Shown here: in pieces, positions 1 to 11,585 of the stretch
Layout of the letters: every line of letters starts with the position of its first letter
Numbering within the stretch: position 1 is the stretch's first letter
Translations under genes and position numbers: made by a program
The notes under the pieces: generated by a model
Database searches by the model: none
What the model was told of the DNA's origin: nothing
What the model saw: only the letters and a program-made list of their open reading frames with translations
Assembly: GCA_951804945.1 (NCBI GenBank)
Contig: OX638150.1
Span: 40,114,001 to 40,178,000, forward strand
Source: Podarcis cretensis
Lineage: Eukaryota
Direction of reading: 5' to 3'
DNA length: 64,000 nucleotides

Positions 1-272
1 CAGTCACTAAACAATTCAGTTTTCCAGAAAGTCAAGTCCTAATAATTACAGAGGCAAACCTTCCCCCCAGATGGTTGAGCTGTTTCTTAAATGCAGTATG
101 TGACAATTTGTCACCAGGAGGTCCTCCCAGGGATAGTGAAACACTTCAGTTGAACTGTCTGTGTTTTCAGCACCGGGGAGAATTCCAAGTGGCAAGAAAG
201 ACTGTTGCCTGCAATATCCCCAGGATACATCCTGTAAGTGGGTTTTGGGAGCCTCCAAGAAGAACTGAAGAC

Positions 273-657
273 TTGTTGTTGTTGTTTAGTCGTTTAGTCG
301 TGTCCGACTCTTCGTGACCCCATGGAACGCCAGGCACTCCTGTCCTCCACTGCCCCCCGCAGCTTGGTCAGACTCATGCTGGTAACCTCGAGAACACTGT
401 CCAACCATCTCGTCCTCTGTCGCCCCCTTCTCCTTGTGCCCTCCATCTTTCCCAACATCAGGGTCTTCTCCAGGGAGTCTTCTCTTCTCATGAGGTGGCC
501 AAAGTACTGGAGCCTCAGCTTCACAATCTGTCCTTCCAGTGAGCACTCAGGGCTGATTTCCTTCAGAATGGAGAGGTTTGATCTTCTTGCAGTCCATGGG
601 ACTCTCAAGAGTCTCCTCCAGCACCATAATTCAAAAGCATCAATTCTTCTGATTCTT
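273..657 (-). mobile_element. 5'-truncated BovB (RTE-clade) LINE, 3' end
   Basis: Minus-strand translation RRIDAFELWCWRRLLRVPWTARRSN...LRLQYFGHLMRREDSLEKTLMLGKMEGTRRRGRQRTRWLD is the typical RTE/BovB ORF C-terminus. (CAA)n tail at 273-286. Direct repeat CTGAAGAC at 265-272 and 658-665 is the target-site duplication. Confidence 0.93.
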
Positions 658-2426
658 CTGAAGACCAGAGCCAAGGAAATAGGGATAAGCAACTAGGATA
701 AGCTGTCTCATTTGAACATTGTCTTTATTTCTGCCCTTGTTCATAGCTACCCATAGAAATCTGCCTATATGCATTGTTCAGATGAGAATGTAGGTGTGTT
801 GCTACTGCAGAGGTGTGTATCTAAAAGCAGAGTGTAACTAATAGTGGGAAAAACACATCAAGAGTGATGTTTCTTATGGGCTACCAGATTATTTTTTATA
901 AAGAATATATCCACCCTGCCTTGTGAAGCAATACATCTTGTCTCTGGGATAAGCCTGCCATTTTCTCAGTGTTTAGCCCTTATGGAGTCTGTCAAATTTA
1001 TTCAGATTTGTGTTTGTACATTTTGTTTTAAGACAATCCAACTCCCTAGCACTCAGTTCTGTTTTTAATAGTGGGGCCTTATCTTACTTAACCACAGCAG
1101 CCCCGTTATTCAACATGTGCCAAGTAGTTTCAGAAATGACACCACTCAGCAAGTCCATTACCGAACTGCCAGGGATAGTAAATGGCTTGCACCTTGAGTT
1201 CTGTTTACAGTAAGTCACGTAAAAAGTGCATTTCTTCTATAAATGGTTGAGTTTATAAGGCCTTTAAACAAGGGACAGCTTACACATTATCAACTTGGCA
1301 AGTCAGATACCAGAGCTTACACTTTAATTAGGCATTTCTAGAATAGCCGTTGCTGCACAGTTTGCATTCCAGAGGCTAAGATACACAAAGAGCCCTCTCA
1401 CACATTTTATTGGAATCTTCTTGATAAAGTCACAGTGAATATTGTGCTATAAATCCTGCTGAAAGGGGACCCTGGGCCTTTTCCTGTCCGTGCAGTGGAA
1501 TTTGGGTTTTAACTTATTTGCTCGTTTGCCTTCATTATGAATTTCTAATGGCCTGCTCAGTTCAAGGTTTTCTGCATAAGAATTTAAGAGGGTCTGCAGC
1601 TATTACTGTGAACCTGAAGATGGTGATAGGCCAGCCTTTGGCTTCAAAAGTTAGTGTGCTGTATGCAGACACTATTAGAACCTAAATGGAAAAGGGTAGC
1701 AGAGGAAGCAAAACTATTGGGAAGCAGAAAGAAGCATTCAAACCCAAAACAATAATTGGTATTTTTATACATTTAAAACAGATGATGGGCAGCTTTGAAT
1801 ATTATAATGTTACAGTAACAAGTGGGGCCTGCTATACACTTTCTTGGTGAAGTGCTTCTGTTCCTTGTTTCAGCCAAGCAGCTATGATTTTTCCATTCAC
1901 CCTCATTTTTTTCTCTCTCTCCAGCAGTCAAGTCAGCATTTTTTACTTCCTAAGTACACTCAGTTACCATTGGCCTATTTTAGAGATCGTCTCCCTCACC
2001 CCAATTCGGGGAGGTTTTTTTTCATTTAAAAAATGAACCCCACAATGTGTACTTCTGCAAGTCTTGGTCTTCCCACTGTAATTTCCCTCATGTGTATGGA
2101 TGGTACCATTTTGGCCACATAAGGATAGGCAGTCAGAGAATGCATTTGCAAATAGTATATGTAGGTTGTTAGGTTAGTAATAATGGATGAATATAAGGCT
2201 GGCATATACATGCTGCCAGAGAATATCCTTGGCAGCAGAAAGCAGCATGCAGTCTGGGGCCTGAGAGGGAAGAGAATTGGCCTTTGGCAGACTCCCCCCA
2301 CCCTACCCCAAGGAATCCTTTTGGCAGGGAGGGGAAACTTCCTTTTGACACAAAAGGGGTGAAGTAAAATTGACCTTCTGAGAAACTTCAGAACCATTTG
2401 CACTCAGATCTTATTTCAATACAGTA

Positions 2427-2651
2427 CAGTGGTACCTCGGGTTACATATGCTTCAGGTTACATACGCTTCAGGTTACAGACTCTGCTATCCCAGAAATAG
2501 TGCTTCAGGTTAAGAACTTTGCTTCAGGATGAGAACAGAAATCGTGCTCCGGCGGCACAGCAGCAGCAGGAGGCCCCATTAGCTAAAGTGGTGCTTCAGG
2601 TTAAGAACGGACCTCCAGAACAAATTAAGTACTTAACCCGAGGTACCACTG
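2427..2651. mobile_element. Non-autonomous Tc1/mariner (Tigger/pogo-like) MITE
   Basis: Perfect 18-bp TIRs CAGTGGTACCTCGGGTTA / TAACCCGAGGTACCACTG, flanked by TA on both sides. The internal motif GCTTCAGGTTA is repeated several times. Confidence 0.9.
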
Positions 2652-5600
2652 TAATGCAATCAAACTCAGCTTTAAGTAAAATGGGTTGTGATGGTGTCTT
2701 TTAGCATTGGATCATACTTACAGCCAACATTGAGATAAAGTAGAAGAAGCACTTTCCTTCTACCATACAGATGCAATAGCTCTGTATTTTGACTACGTAA
2801 GGATTGCACACTTGGAAAATGGTTTGCTCTGAGCTGCACTCAGACCTAATTCATATGATTCTTCCCTTGCTTTTTCAAGGAGGAGTATCACACAATTGGC
2901 AGTTTGCCCAAGGGGTTGGTTCACTGCACACTATCTGTACTGGGGAGGGAAGGTCCTCAGGCTACTATTCCCACCACACTTTCACCTCACACATGTGTGA
3001 ACTGGGGCTTCCTTATACAGTAGCATAGGTTCTAGTGATAGCTTTTGGGAGGGGTGTAGGATTGAAAGCTAACGTTGGTGTACAGATTAGAAGAGCAGTT
3101 CTTTCTGTTCCATCATTCCAATCCTTAAATTTCTTTGTAGTCTTATGTTCACTCACTATCCTAATAAAAAAAATTCGTGAAAATGTATTGGTCCAGCACT
3201 GAATTATGTAAGCATGAAAAATAGACTGGTCTGTTTTCAGAAAACAAAGTGACTACTTTAAACCTAGCTGATTTGTTTATAGTGCTGCTCAAGTCACTAA
3301 TTCTGGGCAGAGGAGATGGAACATCTGCAACTCACATTGGTTAGGATCTGGGAAAGCTAATTGCCTCCAAATTGGTTAAAATACAGTGTCAATTACATTT
3401 TCAAACAACAGCTTCTATACTCTCTGTTGACAGCAAAGCTGGGGTGCCATGCATTGAGCTCTTTTCTTGCTTCAAAAAAAGTGAATTCACACAGCTATGT
3501 GATATTTTACCACAGCCAATATTTATTCCTTTGCAAATAAGTAGACTTGCTGGCAACTGAAGTAACATAGCTTGGAGTAGAAATGCCATCTCGAGGCTCC
3601 AAGGGACAGTTTGCTTCTCCAAACCTTTTCATTCAGATTGGATCACTTAAAAAAAATCAAGGTCATTTAAATAATTGTGTGGGTTGTTTGTTTTTTTAAA
3701 AAGATTCTAGGTATTTGATGAATGTATTTCCTGAAAAACATGCATACTGATAGGTTGCTGAAACACAGGTTAACTATTTGTACAATAACCAATATAATAC
3801 ATAATGATTTATTTATAATACTTTATGTCAGAAATCTGATTTAAGAGATTTGAGTGTTGAGTTTAGTATCCTTTGTTAAATTAATAATTTTTCTCTAGCC
3901 AGATTATTTTAAAGATGCTATATCATTAGTATACTAGACAATTTTTAAACATGCCTGCTAAACATGTCTATACATTAGACATTCCTTATCTCAGCACAGC
4001 AGACGAATGACTGGGAAGGAGTAAAGCTACCACAGTATCCTCTTTGGTAGTCTGCACATGTGCTGTTTCATGCTAAGTCATATTTGGCTTATTGTTATGT
4101 GCCATCCATGAATTGTCTGCTAGTTAACAGAAATGCACCATAGTGTTGGGATATTCAGCCTACTGTCCATGCTCCATCTCTCTCCAACAATCAAGATCAA
4201 TCAAGACCACCTTCGAGTTATTACTGATGAGTCTGGATTGCCATGTAGACAAAAAGAGATATTAGCAGCTCAAGAGTGCTTCTTTTCTAAGCCTGTGCAC
4301 ATCAAAGACAACTCTGCCTTTTCAGACAATTGGTTGTTAAATCCTTTTATCAGGAGATAAAATATTATGATGACCGTCAAAATTCCTTACTTAAGTGCTT
4401 TTAAGCATGGAGCCATTTATTACATCCCTATGGAGTTTTAGGAGCTCCACTTTACCACTTGGTAGAACTAGCCCCCTTCTCAGCTAGAAGGATGTATGCA
4501 ATTATCAATATCTTTGTTGCATGTTTGTACTATTTCGGGAGTTTACAACCCAGCTTAAATTTTTTAGCAAAAGCAGACGTAGTTATTTAGAGATAGTTAT
4601 GTAGACATAGTTTAGAGGGATATTCTTCTGAATTTCCTCATTATCCCTGCCCCCTCCCCACCACCCAAGCAGTTTTCAAAATTATATATTCACACACTAC
4701 TTTCAGGTATTCCACAGGCTGCCTATGACATTTTTTTCCTACAGTGTAAGGTCTGATTGAACTCTAACCCAAAATATATTCCAAAATATTTTTTTCATGT
4801 GGTTATGAATATTTGCAGCCAGCATGAAGTAGTTGCTGGTAAAGTACAATGAAAGAAGGGGAACATTGTCCTAAAAGAGAAATCAAAGGGGGAAAGAGTT
4901 GCTTGAGATACTTTTTCTAGCTGTCCTCAATCTCTTATCAGTTTTATAAGTGTGTTTTACCTCTTCTGCATTTAATACATTAGTAACTCAAAAGTCCGTA
5001 CAGATTACAACAATGGCAGATTTGGGGTTCTTACAATCGCCTGGTGGCTTGAAGCCAAATATTATAGCTGAGATGCTCAGTATTCTGCCAAGAACTTGCA
5101 TAGAGGGCTTTCTGCTACATCTTGCCCTTCTTGACCTGGCACCAACTACTATGTTGAGAAGATTAATACAACTCTAGATGTCCAAGAGCAGGCATACCCC
5201 TAATTTATTTATTTCTAACATAGAGAGAGAGTTAAATAATTCATGGGAAAGAGTTGACAGGATTTCTTATTTTTGTCCCTCCCTCCAAGGGCAGCACCAT
5301 CTCTCAGGCTTTAGGCATGAGTGGCCGAGAGGAACTCCTTCTCCCAATACCCTGGATTGATGGGAGGAAGCCTGAGTTCTCAATTAAAGCTGTAATTTAG
5401 TTTTGCATTTCAATTTTAAAACCAAACAGCCTCCAGTCTTTTTCATGAGTCATGAACCTTTTTGCATGAGCGAGTGAGGAAATAAGTGAATATGCATATT
5501 AGTATTTTTTCTTCCTCATATAATGCCCACTTTGTTTGCTTAAATGAGTGCCCTTTTACTTCATTACACTGTTGGTTAATGTAATTCTGTGTCTTTGCGA

Positions 5601-8600
5601 GAGCAGATCCCATCATCAGTTTTCCTGATTGTTCATAAGCGCTTGAAAGCCAGGGAAAGATGGTGACAAAAAGTGCGACACCAGCTTTCCTGCTTTTAAA
5701 GGCTGTAATTGATACTGCCTCTGTGTCCCCCATCAAGGAAGAAAAGGTAGCTTTAGCAATAAATCTGTAATCCTTGTGCTTATAGCTTTTTTCCTCCCTT
5801 TTAATTAGAAGATATATCTCATTAGACAAGAAGGAAATTTCTGATTAAAACCAGTAATTGAATGTAAAAACATATTTTTCTCTATCTGTGTTTAAGCGTT
5901 TTGTAGGTGACAAGCACCACATACAGCTTCATTAAATGATTACATAATGTGCAATTTTACAACGGTTTTGATTTAAAGCTTTGGGTCTATTTGTTGAATG
6001 GCTGGTGGTCACACACAGATTGGCTGTTGATCTGTTGTAATTCTGACACTATTTGCCTATAACAAGAGTTAGTTTATGGGCTTCAGGTTTTTGTTTATTT
6101 TTCTTCAAAACAAACAAACAAAAAGTCTTCCACAAAACAGCTACTGGTATGAGGCATATTTCTTCCAGATTTAGTTTCACTTTTATTATTTTTATTACTA
6201 GATTATTCATCCCTTCTGAAAATACTAGTAAATGTGGTTTGCATTACTCCAGATGTAAATATAACTGCCTCAAAAGATGTGCTGAGCAAGTTGCTGTGTG
6301 CTTTCAGCACTGAGGAATTGCCAGGATTTGATTATTTGTGGTGACGCCTTAATTTGTTATGAATGCTGCCTTCATTGTAATTTTCAAGTTAGTCCAAACC
6401 TTGTGGAGGCAAGCAGATACATCTGTGTGTGAAGACAGGCTAATGCCAACCTACCACATGGGAATTGTGGGAAAGTAAAGATGACGATGGCTAGGTTTGA
6501 ACCATGTCATGGTTAGTGTTGCTCCACCTCTAGTTAATGACTCATTCTTTTGCTCAGAATTAAGATCTCCCCATGCTTTTCTCTCGTGTTTGGTTGCTTC
6601 TTCCTGGTTCTTCGCATAAGTTGATGTATTGTATTATCAGTTTGTTGTACTGATTATGTTGTTGGTATTGGTTTGCAGATACTCTGAATGTCTTTTCAAA
6701 GCACATTGACTCAAGTGGATTTTGCTTTATTTTATTTTATTTTTCCCCATTGTGCACACATGTTCACACTACAACCACAAAGCTGAAAATAAATAAAGGG
6801 GAAGCCTTCTCCGTCAAAAGTTTTAACTTTACACAAACCCCACCCCACACCCAGCATAAACTAATGTGACTTTGCATATATCACAGTACAGTCTCAATGT
6901 AAAGGGGAGAGAGCAACTTCAGATACACAAAAATATAAATGAAATAAAGAATACAGATGTACTTCAGGCCCCACAAAACCTGCAAGTGTTTCAATATCTC
7001 AAATATAAGCATTTCCTATCTGAAAACCATGGAGGAAAAGCAGGAAAAACACACTGGACCTTAAAATGTAAAACTCTAACCATGAAACTCTGCAGTTCAG
7101 GGAAACATTTCCCCCACTCAGCAGCACCAGAGATGACCTTCCAACCACATGGGTGATATAGTATTCCTCAAGACAGTAGGTTCAGGTATGTTAGATTCAT
7201 GCACGCTGGGAACTTGTGGTGGCAGACTTGTGATAACACCACAGTAGTGCATCCACATGTGGTACTGGCACAAAGAGTTTCAATAGTCAGACCGAGTGCC
7301 TGCCAGCAGAACTTATCTCCAGGGGTCCAAGAGGCAGTTTTAATTTTTATAAAAGAAAGGATATAGGTGCCTACTGGAAGGGATTGTTATTTGCTAGCAA
7401 AATGGCCATAGATACCAGGTGTTTGTTCTTTTAAAAGGTAGTTGTATTCACTTGGTGGGATAATCAGTACCAGGCAATGCACAAGAGCCATTTGTGTTGT
7501 AAATTAATGAGTGACAGAGTACTGCCCGGGTTGCATTTTGATATGGGAAAGATTACCCTAGCATATCCAAAAGTACTCCTATATTGTTTTCTACCAAAGG
7601 TTGAGACTGGCAAGGTTCTCCCTCTCAGTCCATTCCACCTCCTTGTGGATGCCTATCTCCCTCTGAAATTTGAACAATTCTGTTACTTCAGGAAGTGTTT
7701 CCTTGTATTGTAGGCGAGTATTCTATATGGCTTAGGTGGCAAAGACCCTGATGTTACTAACTGTAATTGTGCAAAATCATAAAAGCCATAAATTTTGAAA
7801 ATTAGTGGTCATTGTATATTTGCTTTAAGTCTTTAAATAGCCTTCCTTGGTCATGAGGACTGGTGAATTATAAAAAAAGTTTAGATAATAAAATTCCGGA
7901 GTTGGATGTGTGGGTGAACATCTGCTCATAGATCAGGGCTTTCACATCTCCCTCTTCCCAGTGTAGACCCCTGAGGGGGACTTTAAAAATGTTATTGAGA
8001 ATTAGAAGACCCTCCAGAGTGATGCTGAGTGTGGTAAGAAGTGGAAATATGGGGGGAACCCCCATGGAAATGGACATGCTTTTCTCTCACAAATGCCTTT
8101 AGGTTCAAGTACTGAAACATACATACATCTGAAATAATACGATAACTATATGACTTCTAAAAGTAAAGGCATCAGTTATCTGTAGAAATTACTGAAGTTT
8201 CACCATCCATGAACCTGCTGTGGAGAAGGTGTCCAGAGCACTAGAGCAACTGCATACTTAATGCATTGAGAGCACCTCAAAGATGCAGGTCTTTGCTTTC
8301 AGTAGAGGTCACAATGGTACCTTGGGAAAAGTTGTTTCTAAAGATCTTGGAGCTTTCAAAACTTGTCCACAACACCATTCTGCAAGTGTGAACAGTACAG
8401 TGGTGTGGTAATTATGCCCAAATATCCCCTACAGATGTACTTAATGTGGTTTAGCTTTGCTTACGTGAATGTAGCTGAAACTGTAGGAGGGACCCAGCCT
8501 TTCAAGTCTGAACAGCATTATATGAGACAATGTTGACAAGGGGGGAAATAGGCTTGTGAAGTCTGTTTGCATTTATAACTAATTGAAGGTTATATGCCTA

Positions 8601-9014
8601 ACACTTCTGCCTCAGAAACCAATATGTGAATACATTGCTCAAATGAATCATCAAATTGAAAACCTTTCCAGCATCATTACGGCTTCTATCTTTCATTCAT
8701 GTTCTGTCTTCACAACAACTTGTTTGGTGATTCTGCCTTTCCTAATCAGTGCAGTGTTGACATTTTAAAAAACGTGCTCACAATGACTCTTTTTATTACA
8801 ATAAACTGTTTTGACAGTGTTGTACGCAGATGAAATTCCTGTCTTGGGGAGCATCCATCTCACCTTTACTGTCATGCTCCCACTTACCTGTTGGTGCAGA
8901 ACATAATGAAAGCAAAGTTAATTTAAAATTGTTCCCATTGTCAGCAGCAACAATGAAACTATGGCTTTGGGGAGAAAAGTGTTTCATTGCTGGTGTACCT
9001 GCAACCGAAAAGTA

Positions 9015-9256
9015 CAGTGGTACCTCCGGGTGCGAACTTAATCCATTCCGGAGGTCTGTTCGTAACCAGAAACCGCTCGTAACATGAGGCACTCTTTCCC
9101 TAATGGTGCCTCCTGCTGCTGCCGCGCCACCGGAGTGCAATTTCCGCTCGCATCCCAGGGCAAAGTTCGCAACGAGGGGCATCTACTTCCGGGTTAGTGG
9201 AGCACGTAACCCAAAGAATTCGTAAGGGGGACAGCTCGCAACACGAGGTACCACTG
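9015..9256. mobile_element. Related Tc1/mariner MITE (same TIR family, different interior)
   Basis: Starts TA|CAGTGGTACCTC and ends GAGGTACCACTG. CpG-rich interior. The right flank is a (GAAG)n tract instead of TA. Confidence 0.85.
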
Positions 9257-9305
9257 GAAGGAAGGAAGGAAGGAAGGAAGGAAGGAAGGAAGGAAGGAAG
9301 GAAGG
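9257..9305. repeat. (GAAG)n microsatellite
   Basis: About 12 perfect GAAG units. Confidence 0.95.
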
Positions 9306-9769
9306 CTGATTAAATGCAAATGTGTAGACTAGCATTGCCAGCTGGTTAAGGGCATTTGCCTGGTTGATGCCTATTTTGTCTCATTGCGGATAGCTGTCTC
9401 AATGCATGTGTTAAAGAGTATGCCATGGACTACTATAGAATATGAATACAGTCTCAGGGTTGTTCTCTTGCCTGTTGGGTAGGAGTCTAGATAAAGAACA
9501 GGTTTTTGTTTTGTTTTTTACTGTTGTTTTACCCTTATGCTCTTTCTTTTTAGTTTTTTTAAAAAATTATTTTATAGAAGCTGCCGTGGGAACTGGAAAA
9601 ATGAGCTAAGACCATGTTAGATAAAATAAAATATTTATACGGGCATTTGTTAGCAACATGGGGGAAATTCATCCTTAATGTACCGTCTGCTGCCACATAT
9701 TAGAGTTTGGGTGATCTGTGTAGTTACCTGAAGCCTACGCAATTATGCCTTCCTGGACATTTTACCTTT

Positions 9770-9838
9770 CAATCCTTTCCGCACTTACCTGGGTGTAAGT
9801 CCCATCAAACTCATTGCAGCATTCTTCTGAGGAGACAT
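9770..9838. repeat. Copy of a dispersed ~80-90 bp imperfect palindromic repeat
   Basis: CAATCC...CACTTACCTGGGTGTAAGTCCCATCAAACTCA...TTCTGAG. Similar copies near 21985, 28970, 38230, 40494, 40978, 52475 and 55790. Confidence 0.6.
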
Positions 9839-11514
9839 TTGTGATGTTGTTGCTATCAGTTCTCCCAAGGTGGGGCAGAGTGCCTGATTTTCTGAAAGTG
9901 CTGTCCTTCACTTTGAGTTTACTTCAGTTTGGGATAAGCTGCCTTGAACATGTCTACAATTAAGAGTCCATTTTGGAACAAGGTGGTGTGCAGCCAAGTT
10001 GCTATGTACGGTGCTTGATTCAACATACCATTTCTTCCATTTGGAGGCTCAGGGCTGTGCTGCCAAATGAAATAGCAGTGCTCAAGCACAAAGCTCTGGC
10101 ATTTTGTCTCTCACAAATGGGCCCCTTATGCTGCTGGTGTTGTCACTCCTGTTCAGATGGAGGTATACATGTACCCATTAGTGAGATTCCATTATTTATT
10201 ATAATAAAATAATAATCAAAATTCCATAATATTGGAAGGTTGAATTGCACAAGCATTTTCTTGAATGCACTTAGGAGTTCAACGACCGTGTGCGTGCATG
10301 CATGCTTACATCTCCATTTATGCAGCAGAGAAAGTGTAATAAGGGCTGAGAAGTTAATCAATGCCTGTTTTTAGGCTTCATTTATGGATGTCCAATCTGT
10401 AGCTCCCTCAACCTCCAATTCATTTCTTAATTATGTTTGTAAAGAACAGCGGAAGCCTGTTTTCACCAACTGTGTTGTCTGCCAGTTCCTATAGATCGAT
10501 TTTTTCTTTCTTTCATGGCACAGTGAGAGCAGCTGAGCAATACATTGTGATGGACCTGGATAAATTCAGAAATAAGTCCATGATCATGTTGCTATTCAGC
10601 ACTGGAAGACAGTATTTAGCTGTCTCAAAACAATAAAATATAAACACAGTTTAACCAGTTCATTGTAACAAAAGCCCTTGATTCAAAGGATTTATAGTCT
10701 CACATGAATTAGGTGCCAAAAAATAGCCTCTGTGGTTTTGGTTTGGTTTTGTAATACCGACTGCTGTCCACTGCTCAGGATGAGTAGAGTTCCATATGAA
10801 TGCATAGCAATTGTGCAGGGCATGTATACTTGAATCTTACTCACAAGCGATTGCCTTCCCACCAAAGCTATCATTGAATGCTTCTTTCCCAGACTGACAG
10901 ACAATTTTTGGGAAGCCCTGCTGTGTCAGTGGCAGCTTGATCTAAATGAGCAGGAAAGCAGCCTTTTTATTTCACTGTCCTGCAGTCCCTGTTGATGGCA
11001 TGAGGTTAGAGGGGCTCTGCCCCAGCCAAACGCTATTAGAGACAAATGTCAGTGAGCTTTGGACGGAAAAAGCTCTCTGATTATTCACTCCATTCAGGTG
11101 TATCTTTCCCCAGTAAGCTTTTAGTCACTCCCACTGCCGGCGAGATGTAATCCTTGCAGAGCCAAGGGGGAGGCATGTTGCATATTCCTTAAGATTACAT
11201 GGTGTACCAAATAATACACAGACAGTGGCTCTTCGCTATGCAAAGGTCATGGGCTTCCTTGACACAGGTTGCTTCTCCTTCCTGCCATAATGTGATGGTG
11301 ATTAAAATAATAGTAATAATAATAGGCAGCATCTTTTTAAACTAAACTGGCTGTGCAGAAGCAGAGGCCTAAGAAAGTGGTTCCCATAGCTCTGGTTCCA
11401 TTTTATTACCATTTTATTTTTGTACCCTGTCCTTCAGCAGGTTCCTATTATGCCTCCCATGCATCATTTTCCACAGTCACTTCTTGGTATATTGTGTTGA
11501 ATAGGAGCTGAATG

Positions 11515-11585
11515 AGCAGGGCTGGGAAAGACCTTTACCCGAGACCTCAAAGATCCACTGCCAGCCCGAATAGACCAGTGGCATA
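11515..11585 (+). mobile_element. Fragment of a squamate tRNA-derived SINE (same family as 32240-32650)
   Basis: AGGGCTGGGAAAGACCTTTACCCGAGACC...CCACTGCCAG resembles the body of a common squamate SINE. Decayed. Confidence 0.4.
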
